IMG/VR virus record: IMGVR_UViG_3300045988_100686
Location: 32,001 to 96,000 of that record
Direction: 5' to 3' (one strand)
DNA from: a virus
Length of the DNA: 64,000 bases
How positions within the stretch are numbered: the stretch's first letter is position 1; every line of letters begins with the position of its first letter. Below are positions 1 to 9,396 of the stretch, in pieces. Position numbers and translations under genes: made by a program. The notes under the pieces are model-generated. The model was given only the letters and a program-made list of their open reading frames with translations. It searched no databases and was not told the origin of the DNA.

Positions 1-2
1 TA

Positions 3-204
3 GCCATTGAACTCGAAAAGGAGCTTCCACCATACGATACAGGTCTCTGGGGTCATAAGAAAACAGATCAATCATGCCAATTTTTAGAAGATCTACGAAG
101 GCAAATTCAGTTTAAGGAATGGTTTTTTGGTCATTTCCACGTAATTTCTGATATAACTTATGATAACCATGAATTTCACTGTATGTACAATAATATAAAA
201 GGAA
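3..204 (+). CDS. C-terminal fragment of a metallophosphoesterase-like protein (gene starts upstream of window)
   Basis: Frame 3 is open from the window edge to the TAG at 202-204. Translation ends ...KEWFFGHFHVISDITYDNHEFHC, which carries the GHxH motif of calcineurin-like phosphoesterases. Confidence 0.4.
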
Positions 205-228
205 TAACAAGTTAGGAGGTACATAACA

Positions 229-831
229 ATGAAACTAAAATTATGCAAAAGCTTTAAGAAACTTTGGTTACCAAATCCAAAAACTGTAGTAGCAATGCAG
301 GTAGAGGAGCAGTCTATTGACACGACGCGTAAGCTAGAGTTACTAGTTAAAAAAGGATTCAAGACCTTTATCTGGGACACATCTTATTTACGCTCATACT
401 GCATAAATGACGCTTGGGTTACACAGCAGTTGTTTTTAAGACTGTATAAACAAAAAGTAAATATTGTATTTCATATTGACGACTCCATTGACTTACTTTC
501 TTTGGCAGCCATCGGAAATACATATCCAGTATATCTAAACAAATATGCAACCATAGACTTTACATCATATAAAGAATTACCATCTGAACATCGGTCAGAC
601 GTTAGAATAATGCTTGGGAAACAAGTTCAGTACTTAGAGTTCGCTAATATTAGCAATTCAGATGACCAGGAACTTCCAGCAGTTGAGGCACAAGCCATGA
701 AGCTTGTTACTGGAATCGGCGATAGCTATTTCACGAAAGTAATAGCAGCAACTTTTCTCCCGCAGCCTAGAGAAGTTGACAATGCAAAATTCTCACGTAT
801 TGAAGATCTTTTAGATGACTACCTTTATTAA
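229..831 (+). CDS. hypothetical protein
   Basis: 200-aa ORF with the SD-like sequence AGGAGGT 8 nt upstream of the ATG. No recognisable motif. Confidence 0.6.
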   Translation: MKLKLCKSFKKLWLPNPKTVVAMQVEEQSIDTTRKLELLVKKGFKTFIWDTSYLRSYCINDAWVTQQLFLRLYKQKVNIVFHIDDSIDLLSLAAIGNTYPVYLNKYATIDFTSYKELPSEHRSDVRIMLGKQVQYLEFANISNSDDQELPAVEAQAMKLVTGIGDSYFTKVIAATFLPQPREVDNAKFSRIEDLLDDYLY

Positions 832-2650
832 ACGTGGAGAAAACCTAGTATTTAAACTAGGAGTACAGGGTGTTGAAAGACTTAAAAAGGTCCTTCGACA
901 CCTTGTATATAACAAGAAAACAAAGCTATGGGAAACGCGGGCTTCCATATCTGTTTTTCTTGATCTGTATACTAAAGTACCCAAGTTATTGAATTCTAAA
1001 GACCCAGAAACAATACTTTGGGTAACACACATGAAATCCCTATACCCAAGATTACATGATATTCAGCAGGGAATAGCAAAGATTACTTTGCCAGACACAA
1101 TTGATTATGTGCTTAAGCCTTACAAGCACCAGATGGAAGCCATTGCATTCGCACTTTATATAAATAAATGTGCTCTTTGGCTAGACATGGGATTAGGTAA
1201 GACATATACAGCAATAACATTGGCTAAGATACGTCATTCGCAACGGCATTTCGGAGGCGTAAACAGAGTATTGGTTGTTGCGCCAAGATCTTTGTTATAT
1301 CAATGGGAAACAGAAATAAAAAGGTTAGTGAAGTCTGCAGAAGTATTTTCTATAGTTGGCACTCCTTATCAGAAGGAGAGAGCAATAGAGAAAATAGCTG
1401 CAGCAGATGGGTTTACTTGGACCCTAATTAGTTATGAATCTGTTGGTAATGTATATGATGAATTAGTAGCCTTAAATCATGATATGTTTATCTTAGATGA
1501 GGCAACAAAAATAAAGAATCCTAAAGCAAAGCGTACAGAGAAAACAGTTGATCTCTGCAACACTATCCGTTATGGTGTTGAGCTAACAGGAATGGCTTAC
1601 GTAAACTCTCCACTAGACCTATTTAGTCAGTTTAGTGCAATTGATCCAACCGTGTTTGGCGTAAACTCATATGTATTTTCCCATAGATACATAAACTACG
1701 CTAACATGACATTTGGAAAAATTATTCTTGGGTATAAGAACATGGAGGAACTGAAGTCACGTAGTTATTTAGCTGCATTCGCTAGAACAAAAGACCAGTG
1801 TCTTGATCTTCCAGCTCGTGTATACCAAGTGCGAAAGCTACCTGTAAATGAAGACCAGTATAAGTGGTATACGAGTCTTTTAGATCAGCTTGCACAGTCT
1901 AAGGATGGTACAGGAAACTATCAACAGACGTATGTGGTTGCATTGCTGGAAAAGTTTACCCAGATTACATCAGGTTTTATTCTTACAGATGACCATGAAT
2001 ACATCTGGTTGGACAGCCCAAAGTACGCCGAAGCATGGGATATAATTTCCAATTCCAAAGAAAAATTTATTATATGGGCAAGACATACTTACACACTTAA
2101 AAAACTTGCAGCATATTTCACTGGAAAAGAAAGGAACAAATGTAAATTAAATGTGCAAGTTCTTGATCGTCATTCATCAGCATCTGCAAGGCAGTATATA
2201 AAAGAGCAGTTTAAGAATGGAAATATTGATGTTCTTATCCTCCAGCTACAGTCCGAGTGTCGTGGTAATGACTTTACGTGTCAGACTTCAAGTGTTAGCA
2301 GTATTTTCTTTGAAAACTCTGCTAGTATTGAAGAACGTAGTCAGGCGGAAGATAGACAACATCGTATTGGTATGGTTGGAACAGCTCTCTATATTGACCT
2401 AGTATGTGAAGATACCTATGATGAAGGCATTCAAGTATTACTTGAGGGGAAGAAAACAATCACATCATATATTAGAGAACAGAACCTACAGATTCTTCTT
2501 GGTTCTGGTGGAACAATAGCGGTAAAGAAGAGCAGATCACAGAAGCGACCTAAATCACCGTCCGAGGTTGCTCAACGTGTAGCAAAGGCTGAAGAAGAGG
2601 CACAAGATTTTTCTGAGATTGAAGGAATGGAGACATTTAATGACCAATAA
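815..2650 (+). CDS. SNF2/DEAD-like SF2 helicase
   Basis: Walker A LDMGLGKTYTAITLA, DEAH-type motif II ILDEATKIKN, and a C-terminal helicase domain (QSECRGNDFT, QAEDRQHRIGM). The start is uncertain; the gene is coupled to the upstream ORF. Confidence 0.85.
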   Translation: MTTFIKRGENLVFKLGVQGVERLKKVLRHLVYNKKTKLWETRASISVFLDLYTKVPKLLNSKDPETILWVTHMKSLYPRLHDIQQGIAKITLPDTIDYVLKPYKHQMEAIAFALYINKCALWLDMGLGKTYTAITLAKIRHSQRHFGGVNRVLVVAPRSLLYQWETEIKRLVKSAEVFSIVGTPYQKERAIEKIAAADGFTWTLISYESVGNVYDELVALNHDMFILDEATKIKNPKAKRTEKTVDLCNTIRYGVELTGMAYVNSPLDLFSQFSAIDPTVFGVNSYVFSHRYINYANMTFGKIILGYKNMEELKSRSYLAAFARTKDQCLDLPARVYQVRKLPVNEDQYKWYTSLLDQLAQSKDGTGNYQQTYVVALLEKFTQITSGFILTDDHEYIWLDSPKYAEAWDIISNSKEKFIIWARHTYTLKKLAAYFTGKERNKCKLNVQVLDRHSSASARQYIKEQFKNGNIDVLILQLQSECRGNDFTCQTSSVSSIFFENSASIEERSQAEDRQHRIGMVGTALYIDLVCEDTYDEGIQVLLEGKKTITSYIREQNLQILLGSGGTIAVKKSRSQKRPKSPSEVAQRVAKAEEEAQDFSEIEGMETFNDQ

Positions 2651-2662
2651 GGGGGAATAATA

Positions 2663-3544
2663 ATGGAGTGGACAAAGTATAATTTAAATAATTATGAAGC
2701 GTCTACTGGTGTTGAAGACAACATCGTAGAAGAATGTCAGGAAGACACTTGGACTATTCTTGATGCATTAAATATTGCTGTAAAGAAAATAAATGCAGAT
2801 GAAGTAACACCTGCAGAGTATTTTAATATTTTAAAATCACAAAAACATAAAATATCTAATAACGCATTAAATAAGAGTTACGATGCTTGTTTACAGTTAG
2901 CAGATAAATATGCTAAATTAGGTCAGTTGGCTGGGCTAAAACGCATTGGATTCCAAATGGCATGTATTATTCAGGAACGTAAACTCATTGAAACAGGAAT
3001 TACAACCTACGTATATAAAGAAGACGTGATGACTTATATTGATAAGGTAAAAGATAAAAGCATAAAAATCTGTTATCTTAAAGACTATGAACGCGAGATC
3101 CCGGATGAAGTAAGTGAGACAATTCTGTCAGTTAAAGATATCTTTGATGAATTCGTTGTTATCTACACAGACTATACCATTAAGGAAACCATGAAAACAA
3201 AGGCATTCATAGAACACAAAGAAAAAGACCCTATAGTATTTGGTATTTTTACTGACAAAGAGAACATTTTCACCTTAGATCGTCTGTATTACATTGCTGA
3301 TTGGGTAGACGAATACTGTGATCTAACACTTGACAAACTTGTAGAAGAATACAAAACTATGACCGATAGACACATCACAAGAACCATGTCTACACCACTT
3401 ACACTTGAGGATGTTAAAGAGAAGATTAAGTGCCTTGAGGCAAAGGATGCGTCTAGTGGAGTCTATAAGGTTACAGATTATACACCAAGTAAAAATAAGA
3501 CGTTCTTTGAAAAAGTATCTACGTTCTTTAGCAGAAAGGATTAA
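2663..3544 (+). CDS. hypothetical protein
   Basis: 293-aa ORF with SD GGGGGAA upstream. Confidence 0.6.
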   Translation: MEWTKYNLNNYEASTGVEDNIVEECQEDTWTILDALNIAVKKINADEVTPAEYFNILKSQKHKISNNALNKSYDACLQLADKYAKLGQLAGLKRIGFQMACIIQERKLIETGITTYVYKEDVMTYIDKVKDKSIKICYLKDYEREIPDEVSETILSVKDIFDEFVVIYTDYTIKETMKTKAFIEHKEKDPIVFGIFTDKENIFTLDRLYYIADWVDEYCDLTLDKLVEEYKTMTDRHITRTMSTPLTLEDVKEKIKCLEAKDASSGVYKVTDYTPSKNKTFFEKVSTFFSRKD

Positions 3545-3588
3545 GCAACTTCTACTATAGTAATGGGAATATAAGAGGAGGTAAAAGT

Positions 3589-3771
3589 ATGAGTCCTAAG
3601 GAGTTATATGAGTGGGCGTTGGATCACAACGCTGAAGATTGCAAAATAGAATTTATGTGTTTCAACGGTAGCAGTGATTACAAGCTTCTAACAATGAAAG
3701 ATTTGGGAATATCTAAGCATTTAAACGGATCACCAGAAACAGTGTTACTAAATCTGAATAAGGGAATATAA
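3589..3771 (+). CDS. hypothetical small protein
   Basis: SD AAGAGGAGGT upstream; 60 aa. Confidence 0.5.
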   Translation: MSPKELYEWALDHNAEDCKIEFMCFNGSSDYKLLTMKDLGISKHLNGSPETVLLNLNKGI

Positions 3772-3784
3772 GGAGGAATTTAAA

Positions 3785-4141
3785 ATGTCTTGGGATTGTG
3801 TAGTAGTTTACAAAGATACTAAAGAAGACGTAAAGCTTGATAAGCCAATAGATTTAAAAGGAGGAACATACAATGTATTTGGTACAGATATTCTGTGGCT
3901 AAACGTTACTTACAACTACTCCCAGTCCTATAGAAAGAAGCTACCTGAGAGCCTACGAAGTTTAGATGGAATGGATGTAAAGGAGTCCATCCCAATTCTA
4001 CAAGACTTGGCGGATAGTCTTGGAGATGATAAAACGTCTAATTACTGGGAGCCAACAGAAGGAAACGCAAAAGCTGCACTCATGAAGTTGATTAAATTAG
4101 CTGAACTGGCACCAGACAATACAATGTGGGAGGTTGATTAA
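3785..4141 (+). CDS. hypothetical protein
   Basis: SD TAAGGAGG upstream; 118 aa. Confidence 0.55.
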   Translation: MSWDCVVVYKDTKEDVKLDKPIDLKGGTYNVFGTDILWLNVTYNYSQSYRKKLPESLRSLDGMDVKESIPILQDLADSLGDDKTSNYWEPTEGNAKAALMKLIKLAELAPDNTMWEVD

Positions 4142-4143
4142 CA

Positions 4144-4440
4144 GTGGAAACTTTAATCCCAAGTACTGCCATTCAAGCTGCAATGATTATTATTGAGGTT
4201 ACTCTTTTAATCTTGATTATTATAAGCATACAGGTATCACGAGCAATAGTTGATAAAACCAAACATAATGAATACAACGTCTCTAACAGCATTCCAAAAT
4301 TCACATACACTACGTTAAAGATAACTAAGGAGGTACAAAATGATGACAAAAAAGCAGAAAGTACTAGTAGGATTAGCGTTGATGTTGACACTAATGGCAA
4401 CATTACCTCCCAAACAACTACCAGAGTACCAAAACCCTGA
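4144..4440 (+). CDS. small membrane protein (GTG start), possible holin-like
   Basis: GGGAGG lies 10 nt before a GTG. The N-terminus is strongly hydrophobic (AIQAAMIIIEVTLLILIIISIQV). It overlaps the next gene by 100 nt, so it may be spurious. Confidence 0.35.
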   Translation: METLIPSTAIQAAMIIIEVTLLILIIISIQVSRAIVDKTKHNEYNVSNSIPKFTYTTLKITKEVQNDDKKAESTSRISVDVDTNGNITSQTTTRVPKP

Positions 4441-4792
4441 TTTACCAAAGTCTATGCAAATACGCTGGCCTACTTTTTCACAAAAGGTTGCAAATGCGGA
4501 GCAACATCATTACGTATTGCACGTAGTAGCCACAGCATACTGGACACATATTGGAGGGCATGGAATTGCATATGACGGGAATCCAGCAGTAGCATACCGT
4601 ACCCTTGCGGTTGATCCAAATATAATCCCTTTAGGATCAAAGGTGCATGTACCTGGCATTGGTTGGATGCTAGCGCATGACACTGGTAGCTCAATAAAGG
4701 GTAACAGAATTGATATTGCTATGGAATCAAATCAAGCAGCCATTAAGTGGGGAAGAAAAGAGTTGACAGTTACTGTAATTCCGCCACAGTAA
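4340..4792 (+). CDS. secreted 3D-domain (MltA-like) cell-wall hydrolase
   Basis: Signal-peptide-like N-terminus (MMTKKQKVLVGLALMLTLMA). 3D-domain signature YVLHVVATAY...DPNIIPLGSKVHVPGIGWMLAHDTGSSIKGNRIDI. SD AAGGAGGT upstream. Confidence 0.7.
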   Translation: MMTKKQKVLVGLALMLTLMATLPPKQLPEYQNPDLPKSMQIRWPTFSQKVANAEQHHYVLHVVATAYWTHIGGHGIAYDGNPAVAYRTLAVDPNIIPLGSKVHVPGIGWMLAHDTGSSIKGNRIDIAMESNQAAIKWGRKELTVTVIPPQ

Positions 4793-4808
4793 GAAAGGAG
4801 AGACAAGG

Positions 4809-5009
4809 ATGTATATGACAGTAAGAGACTTAATATCATATGCTATAGAGAATAGGTGTCTAGACTATGAAATTGCCATTGAGGGATGGGATGCTTACGG
4901 TGAGGAAACAACATTTCATCCTGGAGTAGAATGTTTACGTAGTAAACATACAAATGACTACTTAAAAATTTATGTAGATCCCACGTACCAATCAACGGAG
5001 GAAGAATAG
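4809..5009 (+). CDS. hypothetical small protein
   Basis: SD AAAGGAGAG upstream; 66 aa. Confidence 0.5.
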   Translation: MYMTVRDLISYAIENRCLDYEIAIEGWDAYGEETTFHPGVECLRSKHTNDYLKIYVDPTYQSTEEE

Positions 5010-5177
5010 ATGCATAACTACGAGGTTAGCGGCTACAATCTTTTAACTGCAGAATTAGTTATTAAAAGCTATGTATGTAAGTCTTCAGAAGTAGCACGTA
5101 TGCTGTTTCTTCAAGAAAATCCAATGTGTAATGAGGAGATACTTTGTATAAACAAAGATTCTAACAGGATTCAATAA
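5010..5177 (+). CDS. unlisted small ORF (55 aa)
   Basis: GGAGGAAG sits 7 nt before the ATG, and the ATG overlaps the upstream stop (TAGATG). It falls below the 60-aa ORF-track cutoff. Confidence 0.3.
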   Translation: MHNYEVSGYNLLTAELVIKSYVCKSSEVARMLFLQENPMCNEEILCINKDSNRIQ

Positions 5178-5192
5178 AGGAGGACAATACAA

Positions 5193-5522
5193 ATGGAAAA
5201 CTTAGATAGAATGTCTCGTTCAGAATTATTAGAATACGTAACTATTCATACCAATGAGTTAGATTTATTAGTAGCTTTAGCAGAAGAGGCTGCAGAGTTA
5301 AGCAAGGCAGCATTGAAGCTTGCAAGAGCTCGCAAATATGTAAATCATCCAACACCAGTACAGAGTGACCAGGCATTAAAAGACTTAGTAGAGGAATACA
5401 CAGATGTAAAACTTTGTGTTGACGCATTCGCAATAGATTATGATCCAGACCTGTTGCAGAAGAAAACACTGCGTTGGGCAAAGAGACTTGAAAGAGCAGC
5501 AGAGGAACAAAAGGAGGGTTAA
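5193..5522 (+). CDS. MazG-like nucleotide pyrophosphohydrolase
   Basis: Small all-alpha MazG signature ALAEEAAELSKAALK with downstream acidic residues. SD AAAGGAGG upstream. Confidence 0.7.
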   Translation: MENLDRMSRSELLEYVTIHTNELDLLVALAEEAAELSKAALKLARARKYVNHPTPVQSDQALKDLVEEYTDVKLCVDAFAIDYDPDLLQKKTLRWAKRLERAAEEQKEG

Positions 5523-5523
5523 T

Positions 5524-6078
5524 ATGAAAGTTATAATCTATATAAACATGACTACTGGGCTGGAACAACTAAAAGAATTTCAAGAAAAGTTTAAAGATGG
5601 GGAAGCAGAATTTCATTTCTCTCACTTGCAATCTACACATTTGGAACAAGTGAACTATAAAGCTTTTCTTAACTCCGTGGACAACGATATGCTTATGTAT
5701 TTAGCTTTAGATTGGCCTATATTGTTCATAGATTCAGGATCTCGCTATAAGGATGGAATTCCTCGCACAATTTATCAAGGACTTCAGTTTCTAAAATATG
5801 TTTGTACAAGAATGTGGTTTGGTGTAGATGAGAAGGACTTGTGCAAAGTAAAATGTTTTAACTGTCATAAATTCTTCCAAGGAAAGTATGCTGAGCTTTT
5901 CATCAATTCTGATACAAAGGACAATCAATTATGTAAGAAATTCAAATATTTCAAGAAATACGCAGTACCTCGTGAATACTTTAACTTAGTTGGAATCTCC
6001 CAGGTTAGCGTGTTCGACGGAAAGCCTCAAGCGTATTTAGACATTGTTTCTGAGTGTTTGACAAATAAATCTGAATAA
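5524..6078 (+). CDS. Cys-rich hypothetical protein
   Basis: The likely true start is the ATG at 5524, which has GGAGGG upstream; the ORF track extends it to 5440. Contains CKVKCFNCHK and a second Cys pair, probably a zinc-binding site. Confidence 0.55.
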   Translation: MKVIIYINMTTGLEQLKEFQEKFKDGEAEFHFSHLQSTHLEQVNYKAFLNSVDNDMLMYLALDWPILFIDSGSRYKDGIPRTIYQGLQFLKYVCTRMWFGVDEKDLCKVKCFNCHKFFQGKYAELFINSDTKDNQLCKKFKYFKKYAVPREYFNLVGISQVSVFDGKPQAYLDIVSECLTNKSE

Positions 6079-6093
6079 TTTCTCTAAAAGTGC

Positions 6094-6122
6094 TTGACAA
6101 TGCCTATCACGTATGCTATACT
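6094..6122 (+). promoter_or_regulatory. consensus sigma-A-type promoter (TTGACA-17-TATACT)
   Basis: TTGACA at 6094-6099, a 17-nt spacer, and TATACT at 6117-6122, placed 40 nt upstream of the sigma-factor gene. Confidence 0.6.
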
Positions 6123-6160
6123 GTACTCATAAACAGGAATAACAAAGCGAGGTAGGCATT

Positions 6161-7105
6161 ATGAGCACAAATACCACTCATAGCCCCTCTAATGATGACT
6201 TAGAAGCTTTAGCCGAAAAGCGAGGAGTACATAGTTCACTACTCACATTGCTTCAACATCAGAAACCTTCAGATGTTTCAGACGCAGTGTTATGTGAACA
6301 GATACGAAAAGGTGACCAGACTGCAGCTTTTCAGCTCCTTGTTCACCACTATCGCTATATTATAGCTAAAGCGATGCAGATAGCTTCCGGAAGACATTTT
6401 TCAGATGACATACTGCAAGCTGGCGCTGTAGGGTTATACGAGGCGGCTAGTAGATACGACGCTACTAAACACGTAAAGTTTCTTACATACGCACATTATT
6501 GGATACTAAAATTTCTTTATATTGAAGTACGCAATGAGCTCCTCCCTCTTGGTGGATTATATATTGCTAGAGATAATAAAGAACGACTTTTTAATTATAT
6601 AAAGTATTCAATGATGGGCTGGACAGACGCCCAAATACTAGAAAAACTAAACATTAAACAAGAAGCATTAGACGAGTTAAAGTTACTCAACAGGATTGCT
6701 TCGCGGTTAAAAAGTTTAGATGATCTACGTTCTGATGGTGATAAAGATGATTTAGATCCATATGATTTCTTAGGAATGCCAACGCATAAGAGTGCAGAGG
6801 ATGAATACATTTCCATGGAATTACAAAATTACGTAGAAGCATTAGTATCTGATTTAAAGATCACAGAACCAAAGTTGGCTAAATTTTTAAATTATGAACT
6901 TGGCCTTAATAGTCATGCACAATTAACAAAATCAGAAATATGTAAAACCCTTAAAATTTCTCCGTTGGAGTATAAAGGTCTTAAAGACTCCGGAATTCAA
7001 TACCTACGCACACAGATGATTGAAGACGGATGGATGGATAAAAAAAAGGATAAAATAAAGGAGATTGTTGATGAATGGCTCATACAAAACGAACCATCAC
7101 AGTAG
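6161..7105 (+). CDS. sigma-70 family RNA polymerase sigma factor (phage-encoded)
   Basis: Region-2-like segment DILQAGAVGLYEAASRYDATKHVKFLTYAHYWILKF, which follows the pattern of the sigma-70 -10 recognition helix. A C-terminal HTH-like region is present. Confidence 0.7.
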   Translation: MSTNTTHSPSNDDLEALAEKRGVHSSLLTLLQHQKPSDVSDAVLCEQIRKGDQTAAFQLLVHHYRYIIAKAMQIASGRHFSDDILQAGAVGLYEAASRYDATKHVKFLTYAHYWILKFLYIEVRNELLPLGGLYIARDNKERLFNYIKYSMMGWTDAQILEKLNIKQEALDELKLLNRIASRLKSLDDLRSDGDKDDLDPYDFLGMPTHKSAEDEYISMELQNYVEALVSDLKITEPKLAKFLNYELGLNSHAQLTKSEICKTLKISPLEYKGLKDSGIQYLRTQMIEDGWMDKKKDKIKEIVDEWLIQNEPSQ

Positions 7106-7662
7106 AATATTTAGCTGAGGATTCTCCTTTTACTCAATCAGATTATCTGTATTATGTTGGCATTGATCCTTCTTATTCATCAACAGGACTTGTAATTCTA
7201 GACGGGATACATAATGTACCATTAGTTAATTGTCATATTAAGGCTGGCAACCCTAAAGATCCTTTTTATGTTCGTATACGGAAATTATTAGATGCATTAT
7301 CCGATAACTTACTGCATTTCAATACCGATGATATTTATGTAGTTATGGAAGGTGCAGCATTTGCGTCTGAGTTTAATGCATTCAAATTAGGCAAACTCAG
7401 TGGAGTAATTGAATACTTTCTTGGTGAACATAAAATAGCGTATAGCCTAGTAGCTCCTACTTTTGCAAAAAAAGTTGCAACTGGAAAGGGTTCTGCAGAC
7501 AAACTAGCTGTTATGCAAGGAGTAAGGAACAAGTGGGGTTTTCGGAGTAACTGTGATGATGAAAATGACGCATATGTCATGGCGCAGATTGCACGTGGAG
7601 CTCGACCAGAAACTCCCATAAAAAAGAGGAGACAAAGCAAAAATGTTAAGTCTAGTACGTAG
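7075..7662 (+). CDS. RuvC-like Holliday junction resolvase
   Basis: YYVGIDPSYSSTGLVILDG carries the first catalytic Asp. The downstream DENDAYVMAQIARG fits the RuvC/YqgF fold. Confidence 0.6.
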   Translation: MAHTKRTITVEYLAEDSPFTQSDYLYYVGIDPSYSSTGLVILDGIHNVPLVNCHIKAGNPKDPFYVRIRKLLDALSDNLLHFNTDDIYVVMEGAAFASEFNAFKLGKLSGVIEYFLGEHKIAYSLVAPTFAKKVATGKGSADKLAVMQGVRNKWGFRSNCDDENDAYVMAQIARGARPETPIKKRRQSKNVKSST

Positions 7663-7805
7663 ATTTACAAGTAAATTCATGAAAAGTGCAACAGCAAAAA
7701 TGCTTGATTCGTTGTACACGTTTACCTACTTAGTGAGCTTAAGAGCTATTGATCTACGAGTTAGCTAAGTTGCAATATATAAAAACATGAAAGGAGACCA
7801 TTAAA

Positions 7806-8072
7806 ATGGCTTTAACTACTGTAAAGGAACTAACTGCAAAAATTGCAGAAAAAGAGGGTATGCCGAAACTTCAGGCATACAAGGTTTGGATGGACATCTG
7901 CGAGATTCTGAAAGATGAACTTACTGCAGGAAATAAAGTTCGTCTGCGTAACATTGGAACTCTTTCCCGCAGAGATCGTAAAGCAAAACCATTCCGTCTG
8001 CCGAATGGTACTGAAGGCGTAAGCACTCCAAAGTTTGGCTTCAAACTTGCTTCCAACACCTACGCTCTGTAA
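7806..8072 (+). CDS. HU/IHF-family DNA-binding protein (TF1-like)
   Basis: 88 aa with the HU fold pattern VRLRNIGTLSRRDRKAKPFRLPNGTEGVSTPKF (beta-arm). Codon usage is high-expression (CTG/CGT-rich). SD AAAGGAGACC upstream. Confidence 0.85.
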   Translation: MALTTVKELTAKIAEKEGMPKLQAYKVWMDICEILKDELTAGNKVRLRNIGTLSRRDRKAKPFRLPNGTEGVSTPKFGFKLASNTYAL

Positions 8073-8117
8073 CCAATTAGCCCTTTGGAACGTCCTTAGG
8101 GACACCTCTTTCTAACT

Positions 8118-8147
8118 TGGGGGTCGTAAAATTATCTGCGGCCCCCA
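8118..8147 (+). terminator. stable hairpin downstream of HU-like gene (possible terminator)
   Basis: TGGGGGTCG-12 nt loop-CGGCCCCCA gives an 8-9 bp GC stem. The 3' tail is only weakly U-rich. Confidence 0.35.
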
Positions 8148-8191
8148 CTCTTAGTTTATAGTAATTAGAAACCAGAAAGGAGCTACATATC

Positions 8192-8797
8192 ATGACTCAA
8201 ATCAGTGTAGCACGAGCATTAACAAAACTCAAAACAACAAAAGCAAAAATTAATGTAAAGATTAAACATATTGCTGCAAACGCATATGGAAATTCCAAGA
8301 CTACGTCAATTTTATCAAAGGTTACTAATGTGGAAGGAAACCGCAAGGAAACCACATCTCAAATAACCGCTACAATCCAGTCCTACAAGGACCTTATGAA
8401 GTACTACCGTGTAGTATCCCTGGCTATCCAAGAATCAAACAGTAAAACTATCATTCACACTGATGCCTTTGGAGATATCTCTGTAGCTGATGCTATCATT
8501 ATTACCACAAAATTAAATGATAACATTAAAGATTTCTCTAGCGCTCTTAGTACTTGCATCACAAAAGCTACTGAGTCTGCGGAAAACTTTAACAAGAAAA
8601 GTTTCTCAAAGACTATCACAGAAAGCATGGATAAAAGTACAGCTGATGCATTGTTAGCACAACCGTGTGTATATTTTAACCCAGCAGAAGCTGAAGCTGC
8701 TAACATTATGGCCCTGTATATCCATGATGAATTAAATTCTCTTATCAACGAAAGCAACGCAATTACAATGATTGATGTTCCTGATGAAGTAAACTAA
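8192..8797 (+). CDS. hypothetical protein
   Basis: SD AAAGGAG upstream; 201 aa. Confidence 0.55.
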   Translation: MTQISVARALTKLKTTKAKINVKIKHIAANAYGNSKTTSILSKVTNVEGNRKETTSQITATIQSYKDLMKYYRVVSLAIQESNSKTIIHTDAFGDISVADAIIITTKLNDNIKDFSSALSTCITKATESAENFNKKSFSKTITESMDKSTADALLAQPCVYFNPAEAEAANIMALYIHDELNSLINESNAITMIDVPDEVN

Positions 8798-8829
8798 TAC
8801 ATCAATACCTGACTGCTAATATAATAATT

Positions 8830-8903
8830 GCGGATATAGTTCAACGGTAGAATAGTGGCCTTCCAAGCCATATATGCGGGTTCGATTCCCGTTATCCGCT
8901 CCA
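8830..8903 (+). tRNA. tRNA-Gly (anticodon TCC)
   Basis: Hand-folded cloverleaf: acceptor GCGGATA/TATCCGC, anticodon loop CTTCCAA, T-loop GTTCGATTC, and an encoded CCA. Confidence 0.85.
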
Positions 8904-8967
8904 ACAAACAATATCTCCCTAGAAAGCCATGCTATTCTGGGGAGTTTTATTATTTAGGAGAAAGCGT

Positions 8968-9396
8968 ATGTCAGAAACTAACCAATCATCATTTAACACT
9001 GTAAAGTCATATTTGGTAGAAATTACCTTTAAATTTGATACAAACAGCATAATTATTTTACAAACTTTAGTAAGAGGTTTAAGTCCTCGCGATTGTCTAG
9101 GATTTGCACTAGAGAAAGCCTTGCCATTTATAGGAAACCGTGGAGTTCACTATATTACTGGAAAGCTTGTATATAATTATAGGTTTGCAAAAATTTATGC
9201 GTATAACAACGAAGGTAAACTAGTAGGTATATATAATCATACAAAGTTCAAAGATCTAGCGAGTCACATATCTAAGGTAGAAATACTAGGTGAATATGAT
9301 GACAATGATAGTCTCCCCAATAATTTAGGTGATCGAGTATATATGGATCCGGGGATTCATACAGTTAGATACAAGGAGGTTATACATGAAGACTAA
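8968..9396 (+). CDS. hypothetical protein
   Basis: The likely start is the ATG at 8968, which has TAGGAGAAAG upstream; the ORF track starts at 8929, only 26 nt after the tRNA. Confidence 0.5.
   Translation: MSETNQSSFNTVKSYLVEITFKFDTNSIIILQTLVRGLSPRDCLGFALEKALPFIGNRGVHYITGKLVYNYRFAKIYAYNNEGKLVGIYNHTKFKDLASHISKVEILGEYDDNDSLPNNLGDRVYMDPGIHTVRYKEVIHED

Noticed and set aside
93-380. Minus-strand 95-aa ORF overlapping the start of a plus-strand gene
   Set aside because: It lies antisense within and just before a well-supported plus-strand gene that has an SD. It is AT-rich and low complexity with no SD, so it is most likely spurious. The same reasoning applies to the other short antisense ORFs in the track, for example 811-1032, 4173-4448, 6595-6816, 12785-13093, 16904-17086, 20160-20743, 25648-25986, 35011-35690, 39987-40585, 54206-54412 and 59658-60488.
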